From positions 1 to 61,562 of the IMG/VR virus record IMGVR_UViG_3300012936_005865: DNA of 61,562 nt, one strand, 5' to 3'. The stretch is from a virus. Taxonomy: Duplodnaviria > Caudoviricetes. This document shows, in pieces, positions 17,539-26,691 of the stretch (the stretch's first letter is position 1; each line of letters begins with the position of its first letter). The notes beneath the pieces were generated by a model. That model had not been told where the DNA came from, did not search any database, and saw nothing but the letters and a program-made list of their open reading frames with translations. A program made the translations under genes and the position numbers.

Positions 17539-17786
17539 AAAAATCCAACGTTATTAAATCTCTATCAATAATGAAGCAGACAGACACTGATCTTTTTTAT
17601 TCGGAGGCTTTATATATTTCAAAATGTATAAAAGAAAAAAAAGATTACTACGGAATGAATCCAGAAGATTTGATTTTGATACTCGAGGACATTTGTGGAT
17701 TACATCCTTCCAGAGTAAAAAGAGAAGACCTACCACAACATAGAAGCGTAAGAAAAATTATCAGAGAAATACTTCGTAATAATTAG
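17535..17786 (+). CDS. hypothetical protein
   Basis: Likely GTG start; C-terminal VRKIIREILR. Confidence 0.55.
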   Translation: MKKSNVIKSLSIMKQTDTDLFYSEALYISKCIKEKKDYYGMNPEDLILILEDICGLHPSRVKREDLPQHRSVRKIIREILRNN

Positions 17787-17847
17787 GTAAAATATAATTC
17801 CTCCAATACTTAAATTTAGGGAACGTTAGTTGGGGGAGATATGATAT

Positions 17848-19425
17848 ATGTTATGGGCCGCAGTTTTATTTACTTTGTTTTTTGCTTGTAGTGACAACAC
17901 TCTGGTCAAGGTTATTGACTCAAAACCCGAGATCATGGTACATCCGAATGAGTTATTTTTTGGCCACATTAGATCTGGTGATGAGATAGGACAAGAGTTA
18001 TTCTCTATTATCAACGTTGGCAATGCTACCTTACATGCAGAACCAATACTGATGGATGGTAGTACAAGATATAGTATACCTGAATTTAATAATTCTGAGA
18101 TGACAATTGAACCTGGCGAAGTACTCGACGTTATTGTTGACTACAACCCAAAAACCTTTGAGCACAACGGAGCCGTAGTAAAGGTAATCTCAAACGACGA
18201 AGAAAACGAAGAATTATTCGTGTTAATGGAAGGCTATGGTGACGCACCAAAGATTAGTGTAGATCCAATATCTGTCGACTATGGTAACATATCTATTGGC
18301 TGCGATAACGAATACCGGGTTACAATAGAAAATATAGGCAATCTTGAATTACAGATTGATGATGTAGTACAGATGGCTACTCTTCCAAACGATATTGATA
18401 TTGAATACGGAAGTCTGCCAGAACCACCTTGGAATATGTTGCCAGAAGAACAGATTGATTTGTTGGTCAAGTATATACCATCAGATGTTGGCAACGATGA
18501 AAGCAACGTAAAAATCACTAGTAACGACCCACAAAAACCAGAAGTGGAACTGACTCAGGTTGGCAAGGGAGATATAGAACACTGGATAATTGAGGAGTGG
18601 ATTCAAGAAGAAGAAAAGTCGTACGACGTTTTGTGGATAATAGACAACAGCGGCTCCATGAGAGGATTTCAGACCAGATTGTCACAAAATATGTTGGACT
18701 TCGTTAATCAGTTTACCTATCCTGGAAACGTTGATTTTCGTATGGGGTTTATTACAACAGATAATGCATCCCTGGTAGCTCCGTATATAGACAATAGCAC
18801 AACAAATCCGGCGACAGTAGCTTCGACAGTGGTTGACAACATTGGGATCAGTGGCAGTGGAAATGAAAAAGGACTAGAAAAGGCTCTTGAAGCGGTTATT
18901 GGGTTCTACAACACTGGCAAATTTATGAGAGAGGATTCTGATCTGATCTTAATTTTTGTTTCTGATGAACGTGATAATTCTCCTCTTCCTCATACTCATT
19001 ACATTAATGAACTTCAAAATTATAAACCTCTCGAACAGATAAAAGCGTACGCAGTCATTGGAGATCCTCCGTCTGGATGTAACAGTTCTTGGGGTGGACA
19101 ATTTGGAGGCAACGCGCAATACGGCGGTGGATACTACGACATATCTTCGTATTATGGCGGAGATTGGTATTCCATTTGCGAATATGATTGGGCTGTCAGC
19201 ATGACATCCCTAGCAATGGATATTACTATTCAATCTGCCTTTTATTTCACTAAACCTGACCCAATTATTGAAACGATCGAAGTTTATGTTAATGGACAAA
19301 TAGTTACGAGTGGCTGGGAATATGATGAGATCGAGAATCGAGTTTTATTCGATAGCAACAGCGTGCCTAGCTCTGGCCAAACAATAAGGATAGAATACGC
19401 GACTTATGGCTGTGGCGATCAATAA
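17848..19425 (+). CDS. lipoprotein with two Ig-like (choice-of-anchor D/ASH-type) domains and a vWA domain
   Basis: Lipobox LFFA-C; P..L.FG...I.NVG..L repeats, I.SND.E; MIDAS DVLWIIDNSGSM and VSDE.D. Confidence 0.8.
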   Translation: MLWAAVLFTLFFACSDNTLVKVIDSKPEIMVHPNELFFGHIRSGDEIGQELFSIINVGNATLHAEPILMDGSTRYSIPEFNNSEMTIEPGEVLDVIVDYNPKTFEHNGAVVKVISNDEENEELFVLMEGYGDAPKISVDPISVDYGNISIGCDNEYRVTIENIGNLELQIDDVVQMATLPNDIDIEYGSLPEPPWNMLPEEQIDLLVKYIPSDVGNDESNVKITSNDPQKPEVELTQVGKGDIEHWIIEEWIQEEEKSYDVLWIIDNSGSMRGFQTRLSQNMLDFVNQFTYPGNVDFRMGFITTDNASLVAPYIDNSTTNPATVASTVVDNIGISGSGNEKGLEKALEAVIGFYNTGKFMREDSDLILIFVSDERDNSPLPHTHYINELQNYKPLEQIKAYAVIGDPPSGCNSSWGGQFGGNAQYGGGYYDISSYYGGDWYSICEYDWAVSMTSLAMDITIQSAFYFTKPDPIIETIEVYVNGQIVTSGWEYDEIENRVLFDSNSVPSSGQTIRIEYATYGCGDQ

Positions 19426-19919
19426 TGAAATTATTTTTTGCAATCTTAGCCGGGATTATTATCGGTGGTGGCGCCGGTCTAGGAATATTTTATCACCATG
19501 AATTAACAAATTTTCGAGCTGCGTCTTGGAAATACCCTCCTATAGTTGTTGATTGTACTTTTGGAACATTGAAAGAAGAAAGAATCAATGACGCAATAAA
19601 TTATTGGGATAACATAGATCATAAAATTGGATTTGTAGAAATGAACCCTTCTTCCGAAGTCTGTTCAAAGGACCAGATTCACGGATTTATTATTATTAAA
19701 AATGCTGAACTTGATTGGCCAACCTTGGGGAAAACTTTGCGTAAAGGAGCCAGGATAGGTACAGTCGATTCTGCGATAATCGAGCTTTCTATAGGTAATG
19801 CAAACATGCCAAAACTATTAGAACACGAGCTAGGACACGCATTTGGTTACAATCACTTAGATATTGATGGCCATATTATGAATTCAAGTTATGATTATTC
19901 CGGATACGATTTTTATTAA
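19425..19919 (+). CDS. membrane-anchored metzincin (matrixin-like) metalloprotease
   Basis: N-terminal TM helix; HELGHAFGYNH zinc motif and Met-turn HIM. Confidence 0.85.
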   Translation: MKLFFAILAGIIIGGGAGLGIFYHHELTNFRAASWKYPPIVVDCTFGTLKEERINDAINYWDNIDHKIGFVEMNPSSEVCSKDQIHGFIIIKNAELDWPTLGKTLRKGARIGTVDSAIIELSIGNANMPKLLEHELGHAFGYNHLDIDGHIMNSSYDYSGYDFY

Positions 19920-21731
19920 CTAGAAATTGTATATCGCGTCGTAGTGACTATAAAGATCAGATATTTCACTTGCAGTTAAAGCACGATTAAAAATAGCTAC
20001 AACTGCTATCTCTCCTTCATAATCTGCGCCGCTACCTCTAGATTTACCAATGTAGTTTTGAGATCGGTCACCGCTAGTTGGAAGATATGTGTAAGAATTA
20101 GTTGTAATTAAACTTCCGTTACGATAAAACTTTGCATAAGATCCATCGGTTGTAACCACATAATTTGCCAGTGTGTTGTTCAAAATTATGTTTGATGATG
20201 TTCCTCGTTTAGAGGGGTCGTAATATTCTAACGTCATGTTGGAAGTAGATTGATTGCGACCAACATTGAAATGGTTACCACCGACACTAAAATCTACAAG
20301 TCTTTCCCAATGTTGTCCGTTTCCTAAATCTGCGACAAAAAAGAACGTAGCTCCACTTGAAAAATCAGAGAAACCAGTAGGCAATGTTACATGTTGGCCA
20401 CTGGTACCATCAAACTCAAACCACTTGTCAGTTCCATTCCAAGTAGGTGAATTAACCAAGGTTCCATTCTTTGAGTTGGATGATATGTCTGTCCATGTTG
20501 TGCCAGAACCGTTGTAGCTATTTGTGTCAGACGCATCTAAGAAAACTAAGCAATTATTTGGAATAGAAACGCCAGCACCGCCGCCTCCGCTAGGAGCAGC
20601 AACGAAAATAGTATTTGAAAACCTTGCAAAAACATTATAAGTATCTGACCTTCTTGTTATTTTATAATCCACAGTATCAGTTTTATTAACAGAAGCTGTA
20701 GGGTGCGCTGTTCCTTCCCAATATATGTTTGATCCTGTGCTGTCAACTTTAAAAGCTTCCGGCAAATAACCAGTGCCACCTTGTGTAAGAATTAAACTAC
20801 CTTCAGTAATCTGATTGTTTTGCATGTTTAAGTTTGTAAAGTTGGGTGTAAAGTTTCCTGCTATACTTGTATGATAAAAGAAATTAGAATTAGTACAATC
20901 ATGTACAACTTCTCCGGACGCATTTGTTATATCATTTAACGTGTTCAGAACAGAGTTTCCGCTAGACGGATCAGTCCAGCTCAAAACTCCGGCGCCATCT
21001 GTTTTTAAGACTTGATTATTGTTTCCGTCATTATTAGGCAAAGTTAATGTGTAAGATGCAGCCGCACTGTGAGGTGGTCCCTTTATAATTACGCCATGCG
21101 AGTTAGTTTCGCAATTTAACTTAAATTGCCCTGCTCCTTTAGTTGCATTACCTTTGAATACAACAACACCTGATCCATTAGGATCTAGATTAATATTGCT
21201 GTTGTTAGTTGTGTCAATGTCGCCTACTTCTAAAGTGCCTGACACAACGATATCGCCGCCAAAGACAGAAATTCCTTCGGTGCCGCTTTTTGAACCGGAG
21301 ACAAAAAATACGACGTCTGCCGGTAGATCAGTAGCAGATTCATTACTGTTGCTCTGCCCAACTTCAAACTTAACTTTTCCATCGTCAAATACTCTTACGG
21401 GAAAAGTGTATGGATCACCTCCTTGATTTGTTCGTTGTTGTATATAAAAATCGGCGCCTCTGCCGGCCGATATGTAAAGATGTTCTGCTTGCTGATATGC
21501 AAAATATGCGTTATATGATGTTCCATCGTTAGCATTCTTGAATTGAATAAAACTAATTTCTGATTCGCCTTTTTGGAATATTAGATCTGACCCTCCCGTA
21601 ATTTCAACGTTTCCCGATACGATCAGGGCTTGACCGGTTGATGCGCCTCCTGGTGTTGATGCATCTCCTCCGATAATTGCACCTTCTCCAAATTTCATTG
21701 TTGCAGTGCCCATATTTTTTATTCTTGCCAT
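19920..21731 (-). CDS. tail fibre/virion adhesin with C-terminal LamG (concanavalin A-like) domain
   Basis: Gly/Ser/Thr-rich; YTLTLP..DG...QVLKTDG.G.LSW; LDA....SY.GSGTTW.DIS...IFNRALTASEI. Confidence 0.8.
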   Translation of the reverse strand: MARIKNMGTATMKFGEGAIIGGDASTPGGASTGQALIVSGNVEITGGSDLIFQKGESEISFIQFKNANDGTSYNAYFAYQQAEHLYISAGRGADFYIQQRTNQGGDPYTFPVRVFDDGKVKFEVGQSNSNESATDLPADVVFFVSGSKSGTEGISVFGGDIVVSGTLEVGDIDTTNNSNINLDPNGSGVVVFKGNATKGAGQFKLNCETNSHGVIIKGPPHSAAASYTLTLPNNDGNNNQVLKTDGAGVLSWTDPSSGNSVLNTLNDITNASGEVVHDCTNSNFFYHTSIAGNFTPNFTNLNMQNNQITEGSLILTQGGTGYLPEAFKVDSTGSNIYWEGTAHPTASVNKTDTVDYKITRRSDTYNVFARFSNTIFVAAPSGGGGAGVSIPNNCLVFLDASDTNSYNGSGTTWTDISSNSKNGTLVNSPTWNGTDKWFEFDGTSGQHVTLPTGFSDFSSGATFFFVADLGNGQHWERLVDFSVGGNHFNVGRNQSTSNMTLEYYDPSKRGTSSNIILNNTLANYVVTTDGSYAKFYRNGSLITTNSYTYLPTSGDRSQNYIGKSRGSGADYEGEIAVVAIFNRALTASEISDLYSHYDAIYNF

Positions 21732-21764
21732 TATTTTCTCCAGAAATCTTTACTAGTATAAATA

Positions 21765-21793
21765 TTGTAAACAAGGTATTTTTTTGTTACTAT
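21765..21793 (+). promoter_or_regulatory. sigma70-type promoter TTGTAA-N17-TACTAT
   Basis: Motif variant upstream of 21809. Confidence 0.6.
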
Positions 21794-21808
21794 CTTGTTG
21801 GCGGTAAT

Positions 21809-22414
21809 ATGAAAAAATTATTAGGATACTGGGCGGACTTTGATGAGTTCTTAAAAGACCAGCTAATGATAGGGTTGTTTATACAATGCACATGGGCATT
21901 GATATCACCTATAATCCACAAGTTGCAAGGCACTATTTGGACTACAACATACATATCTATTTACCTTATAATGATGAGGTCTGCCGGGCTGGTTGTTCCT
22001 TATTTCAAAGGAACTCATATAAAAATAGCATACAGAATGATTGTTTTTCTTAATATTCTTTATGTTATTGCAACTCTACTTTATTTTTATGACCAGAATA
22101 TATTCTTAATTACTGAATCTTGCCTATCGATTGCTTTCTGCGTAAACTCTGTTCTATTAGGGATTGCATGGGATCTGTATGTGATAAATAACTATGACAA
22201 AACAATCTATGAAAATTTTAAGTACGTTGCAACGTTCAGAGACTCCCTTGGCGGAATCGGTGGTTATTCTACGGTTATAGTGATATATTACTTTTTAGAC
22301 CAAAGACAATCAATGATGTTGTTTATGTTTATGATGCTCTTTGTTCTCTTAATTCAGATAATAAATTACAAAAAACATTACTCAAAAATGGAGATAAAAA
22401 ATGTCGAACCTTAA
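21809..22414 (+). CDS. multi-pass membrane protein (about 6 TM; half-MFS-like)
   Basis: Six hydrophobic segments. Confidence 0.65.
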   Translation: MKKLLGYWADFDEFLKDQLMIGLFIQCTWALISPIIHKLQGTIWTTTYISIYLIMMRSAGLVVPYFKGTHIKIAYRMIVFLNILYVIATLLYFYDQNIFLITESCLSIAFCVNSVLLGIAWDLYVINNYDKTIYENFKYVATFRDSLGGIGGYSTVIVIYYFLDQRQSMMLFMFMMLFVLLIQIINYKKHYSKMEIKNVEP

Positions 22415-22628
22415 TTGGTTTTACTCACAAAGGTGGGCTCAAAAAAAATGGGAAAAATTGTTAGAAACAAGAACTGTAAAAATCGTGTGGAAAACCGATG
22501 GAACTGACTTAGATCTTCCGGAAAAGGTTAAGTTGCCAGATGACCTAGATCTTACAGATGGAGCAATTTCTAATTACCTGTCAGACGAATATGGACGATT
22601 AGTCTTGAATTGGACGGTAACGGAGTAA
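22401..22628 (+). CDS. hypothetical protein
   Basis: I.W.TDG...LP..V......ISNYLSDEYG pattern common in phage hypotheticals. Confidence 0.65.
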   Translation: MSNLNWFYSQRWAQKKWEKLLETRTVKIVWKTDGTDLDLPEKVKLPDDLDLTDGAISNYLSDEYGRLVLNWTVTE

Positions 22629-22630
22629 AA

Positions 22631-23179
22631 ATGAAGCACGAATTTAGAATGTATGTAGGTCCAATGTTTGGCGGAAAAACTACAAGAATGTTGTCTCAAG
22701 TCGAAAGATATGGGTACATGAATTACAAAGCACATCTTTTCAAGCCGGCAGTCGACAAAAGATATGAGGCAGATTCAATAGTTTCTCACACGGGGATAAA
22801 GCACAAAGCCATACGCGTACGTTGCGGGATGGATATTGAAGAATGGGTGGAAAAACTCGGTGGTGGAATTGTTGCAGTAGATGAAGCTTTCATGATTCCG
22901 GGGTCTGGTCAAGCAATTATCAACCTATTCAAGAATGGCTATACAGTGCTCGTAAGCTCATTGCAACTATCATCGGATGGTTCTGCATATGAAGAAGTTC
23001 AGAAGATGTTTCCTTATGCAACATATGTGGCAGTATGTCCAGCAGTTGATCCGATAAGTAAACACGATGCTTTTTATACCGAAAAGTACGGAGGTAGAAA
23101 AGACCATGGTATCGAAGTAGGCGGAGCAGAAATGTATCGACCGAGAGATTGGAATGGATTTTTTGGTGACGAAGCATGA
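22631..23179 (+). CDS. tdk: thymidine kinase (type II)
   Basis: GPMFGGKTT P-loop, FKP..D.RY, SH.G, VDEA, IEVGGAEMY. Confidence 0.9.
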   Translation: MKHEFRMYVGPMFGGKTTRMLSQVERYGYMNYKAHLFKPAVDKRYEADSIVSHTGIKHKAIRVRCGMDIEEWVEKLGGGIVAVDEAFMIPGSGQAIINLFKNGYTVLVSSLQLSSDGSAYEEVQKMFPYATYVAVCPAVDPISKHDAFYTEKYGGRKDHGIEVGGAEMYRPRDWNGFFGDEA

Positions 23180-23319
23180 CAGTTATAATAGTAAAAATAT
23201 TAAAAGAACTAGATATTCTTAGGAAGCATAACAAGTCTGGTGATCAGCACAGAGCTTCCAAATCGATAGATAAATTAGAAAAACTTTTTAAGTTACTGAG
23301 AGCCGAAATAAAAGATTAA
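23176..23319 (+). CDS. small hypothetical protein (47 aa)
   Basis: Read manually; ATGA overlap with tdk stop. Confidence 0.45.
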   Translation: MTVIIVKILKELDILRKHNKSGDQHRASKSIDKLEKLFKLLRAEIKD

Positions 23320-23370
23320 TTTTGCATGTCTTTACAATCTTCGTAGTAATTATGTCTATGGAGATAATTG

Positions 23371-24402
23371 ATGAAAGCAAAAAAAGGTGACTGGTTTTCT
23401 TTGACTTGGGATATACAGGATTTCTATGACCCTTTGTCCTTTGAGCATTATGCGCTTGCACCGCAGTTCATATATGCCGAAGAAGATAGTAATCAGATAG
23501 AATATGAATACATCGATCAGCTTTATAGACTTCGTCTTACTAGCATATTTTTAACTAATGTTTTTATCACTAGTGAAGATGGAGTAAAAGTTCCCACTCA
23601 CTATAAAGCTGGTTCTTTTATGCCTGGAGACGACCTATCATATGATAAATGGCTGGCACGTTATCATAAAATAAATTTCGAAATTACTCATTATGTAAAA
23701 GCAAAAGAAGCGTTGAATCAAAAAAATATATACTTAGAACACGCAGCAAAAATAATAAGGCACGATATGCATTCCGGGATAAATACTTATATTCCTCGGG
23801 GATATAAAAGCCTTATAAGACGACTGCCAGAAGATGTTATCAAGAAATACAAGTTGGAGTCTAGTGTCAAGTTGTTGTCAGAAGGAATAAATCATGCGCA
23901 AAGAGTCTATAAAGGAGTGTATGCTTTTACGAATCTAGTAAAAAAAGATTCTGTGTTGGAAAAGTCAGATTGTAACCTATCAGATATACTCAACGATTAC
24001 ATGAAAGGAACAGCATATTCTGACCAAGTAGGCATATCCGATCTGGGTATAGGCAACGTTAACGCGTCGTTGTTTTGCACGGCCATAGATAATCTGATTA
24101 GGAATGGATTAAAATACAACGATTCCCCTTCAAAATGTGTTAGAATATATCGGGAGTCAAACTATATATGTGTAAAAGATAATGGAAGAGGATTATCTAA
24201 AAAAGAATTTGATCGCTATCGGCGGCCATATATAAGAAAAGATGATCAATCTGAAAGTGGATCTGGCTTAGGCCTGAATATTGCAGCCGCTATTTTGGAA
24301 GAACATGGATTTTCGTTAGAACCAGAAAAGTTAGAAGTCGGAACCATCATGAGGATAGATTTAGATGCAGATGATAAAAAGTATATTATTAGTGGACGAT
24401 GA
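23371..24402 (+). CDS. soluble sensor histidine kinase
   Basis: H-box IIRHDMHS, N-box NLIRNGLKY, G1 VKDNGRG, G2 GSGLGL. Confidence 0.9.
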   Translation: MKAKKGDWFSLTWDIQDFYDPLSFEHYALAPQFIYAEEDSNQIEYEYIDQLYRLRLTSIFLTNVFITSEDGVKVPTHYKAGSFMPGDDLSYDKWLARYHKINFEITHYVKAKEALNQKNIYLEHAAKIIRHDMHSGINTYIPRGYKSLIRRLPEDVIKKYKLESSVKLLSEGINHAQRVYKGVYAFTNLVKKDSVLEKSDCNLSDILNDYMKGTAYSDQVGISDLGIGNVNASLFCTAIDNLIRNGLKYNDSPSKCVRIYRESNYICVKDNGRGLSKKEFDRYRRPYIRKDDQSESGSGLGLNIAAAILEEHGFSLEPEKLEVGTIMRIDLDADDKKYIISGR

Positions 24403-24802
24403 GTGTTTATTTCATTTGGTCTTTGAAGATGCGTGCAACATTTTAAACATATCTTTAAACCTAGAATCGGTTTCTTCTGCAGACAAAGCAGAAGAACTTT
24501 TTATAAAGTACTCAAAAAACCCGGTGAGCAAGCCGCAGTGTATATTTGTCGACTTGAACATTATTGGCTCGTCTTTCAACGGCATAGAACTAGTTAGAAG
24601 AATAAACTATAAACACGGCAATGGCGTTGTCATAGGCATAATTTCTTCGTCTAGTGATAAAATAGAAATAGAGAAAGCAAAGCAGGCCGGTGCCATGTTC
24701 TGGATTGTTAAGTCAGACGACATAGAACCAAGACTAGAAGAGTTTAGGAAAGATTATTCAGGGTATGAATCAGGAACATCTGTTTTCAAGGTATATAAAT
24801 GA
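24371..24802 (+). CDS. single-domain response regulator (receiver)
   Basis: ILLVDD, FVDLNI (phospho-Asp), ISSS, WIVK. Confidence 0.9.
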   Translation: MIKSILLVDDECLFHLVFEDACNILNISLNLESVSSADKAEELFIKYSKNPVSKPQCIFVDLNIIGSSFNGIELVRRINYKHGNGVVIGIISSSSDKIEIEKAKQAGAMFWIVKSDDIEPRLEEFRKDYSGYESGTSVFKVYK

Positions 24803-25365
24803 TAAAGCTTTGCGAAAAGGACAAGAAACAACTATTGCAGTTGGTGACTGATAACAATGTATACATTGAGGGTCCACTCTTGAAATTACTAAGTGCCGAT
24901 GGAGATGAAGAATTTCAGCAATACTTGGATGATGCTATCGAAGCCGACCAGGCTTCTCGCAGAAAAAGGCTTGAAATTGCAAAGAAGTTACAAGAGCAAA
25001 ATAGGCAATTAACTTCAAAAGCAGAAGAGAACGACAGACTTATGCTTGAATTAAAAGATTCGATAGATAAAGCAGAGTGCGCAAAAAAAGAAGCTATCGA
25101 TGATTTAGATTTGTTGCAGAGAAGAACTCAGACAGAATTAATTGGAAATATTGTCAATGTTGCGTTATACACTATCACCGGAGTTGGTTTAATAACTACA
25201 GCCCTTTATGCCGCGGCATTGTTCACAGAAAGTGCAGATACGACCCTGTTGGGAAATACTTGGTCTAATTTATTTGGTATTCTCTTGACTAATTCATTTT
25301 CAATCATAGGTACGATCATGGGGGTGAAATACGCAAGTAACGGAGAAAAAAGTGAAAAAAAATAA
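24799..25365 (+). CDS. coiled-coil protein with two C-terminal TM helices
   Basis: Heptad region then hydrophobic hairpin; ATGA-coupled to response regulator. Confidence 0.7.
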   Translation: MIKLCEKDKKQLLQLVTDNNVYIEGPLLKLLSADGDEEFQQYLDDAIEADQASRRKRLEIAKKLQEQNRQLTSKAEENDRLMLELKDSIDKAECAKKEAIDDLDLLQRRTQTELIGNIVNVALYTITGVGLITTALYAAALFTESADTTLLGNTWSNLFGILLTNSFSIIGTIMGVKYASNGEKSEKK

Positions 25366-25639
25366 AATCACGTGCATATTGAAAACAGAAGGAGTCCTTT
25401 CTGAACAGGGTGAAAAGGGCTGGTGGTATCCAAATCAAAAAAGGCCAGTTTTTATTAAAGAAGGTTCTCAAATAGAACACTTGCAACTTTGGAGACACCA
25501 GGGAGACTATCTGGCTTTTCGAGTTCGAGCAGAAGATCTTGACAGGACCTTTGAAGAATCAGATAGACATATTTGTGTCTGGATAAAGAAAGAAACGTGT
25601 GGTTGGTTGTTCCGAAATCAGGAAGAGCTTAGTTTGTAA
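25352..25639 (+). CDS. hypothetical protein
   Basis: GTG start after GGAG. Confidence 0.55.
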   Translation: MKKNKITCILKTEGVLSEQGEKGWWYPNQKRPVFIKEGSQIEHLQLWRHQGDYLAFRVRAEDLDRTFEESDRHICVWIKKETCGWLFRNQEELSL

Positions 25640-25662
25640 ATTTCAGATGTACTAATTATAAT
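25634..25662 (+). promoter_or_regulatory. sigma70-type promoter TTGTAA-N17-TATAAT for tmRNA
   Basis: Exact motif 11 nt upstream of tmRNA 5' end. Confidence 0.8.
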
Positions 25663-25673
25663 TATAGTGATAA

Positions 25674-26044
25674 GGGGGCGCAAAGGTTTCGACAGGGTAG
25701 ATTGATTGCTGTGGTGCATGTCGGTTGAGAACGACCGTAAAAGTTCAAAAATATATAATTGCCAATAATAATGAGCATTTTGCTCTTGCAGCTTAACAGC
25801 CAAGAGTGAACGTCCGGTGATCCGATTCTTGGGTCCTTCACTGGGCGTGTAAAGACCAAGATAGTCCTGACCGATTTCTACGGAAGTATATTGCAGGGGA
25901 CGATAAAGGAACCAGGTTTAAATCTTCTGTCTATTATAGGTAGGTTTCCATCACCGTCTATATTTAGTAATAAGCATGGATAAGCATGTAGGACCACTAG
26001 TTATTTTGCTGTGGACGGGGGTTCGACTCCCCCCGCCTCCACCA
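25674..26044 (+). ncRNA. ssrA: tmRNA (tag peptide ANNNEHFALAA)
   Basis: 5' GGGGGCG pairs with 3' CGCCTCC-ACCA with G3:U alanine wobble; GGTTTCGAC near 5' end; T-arm GGGGGTTCGACTCCCCC; tag ORF 25761..25796. Confidence 0.97.
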
Positions 26045-26062
26045 CTTACATAAGGAAATACT

Positions 26063-26365
26063 ATGAAGCTATCAAAAAGGCAATTACGCAAAATTATAAA
26101 AGAAAGAGTATATACCTCCAAGAATATGCAGAGACTATCGTATAGTCATGAAAAGTTCTTAGATAGGCAGCGAGAAAAAAAATACTTACAATCTCCAGAA
26201 TACTATAATAAAAAAATGATCGAGTATTCTGTTGGCCTCTTAGAAGCTTTTACTGAGAACGATGAAGAAGAAATAGAAGAATACCGGGATGAACTAGGCA
26301 CTGACGATATCGATGCAATCATTGAGATATATGAAGGAATTATTCGCAAACTAAGAGAATCATAG
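26063..26365 (+). CDS. hypothetical protein with MKLSKRQLRKIIKE tag
   Basis: AAGGA RBS; shared motif. Confidence 0.75.
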   Translation: MKLSKRQLRKIIKERVYTSKNMQRLSYSHEKFLDRQREKKYLQSPEYYNKKMIEYSVGLLEAFTENDEEEIEEYRDELGTDDIDAIIEIYEGIIRKLRES

Positions 26366-26676
26366 TGAAAATGACAGAATCAAAATTAAGAAAAGTAATT
26401 CGTAGAACCATTAGAGAATCGCAAAGATATGGTTTTCCTCTCTGGCTTTATTATGATGGGACTCATTATTCTCTGAGTAAGAACCACAGTAGAAAGTATT
26501 ACGAAACCGATTATGATCGAATTGCGTATGCATTAAGAGCCGCCAAAGAGGAAGGGTACGACGAGGTTATAAGGGTAGTTGGTAATCAAGAACCAAAGGC
26601 TCCAGAGCCTATCGATAAAGTAATAAATTCGTTTGATGGTAAATCAATTGAGGCTTTTGCATATAGAGACTACTAG
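26365..26676 (+). CDS. hypothetical protein with MKMTESKLRKVIRRTIRE tag
   Basis: Shared motif; start overlaps upstream stop. Confidence 0.7.
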   Translation: MKMTESKLRKVIRRTIRESQRYGFPLWLYYDGTHYSLSKNHSRKYYETDYDRIAYALRAAKEEGYDEVIRVVGNQEPKAPEPIDKVINSFDGKSIEAFAYRDY

Positions 26677-26691
26677 ACCTAGGAGAAAGTT

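Noticed and set aside
25618-25859. Minus-strand ORFs 25618..25803 and 25662..25859
   Set aside because: Antisense shadows of the tmRNA
26013-26044. tRNA gene (T-arm and CCA)
   Set aside because: It is the 3' end of tmRNA; pairs with 25674..25680 and has no anticodon arm
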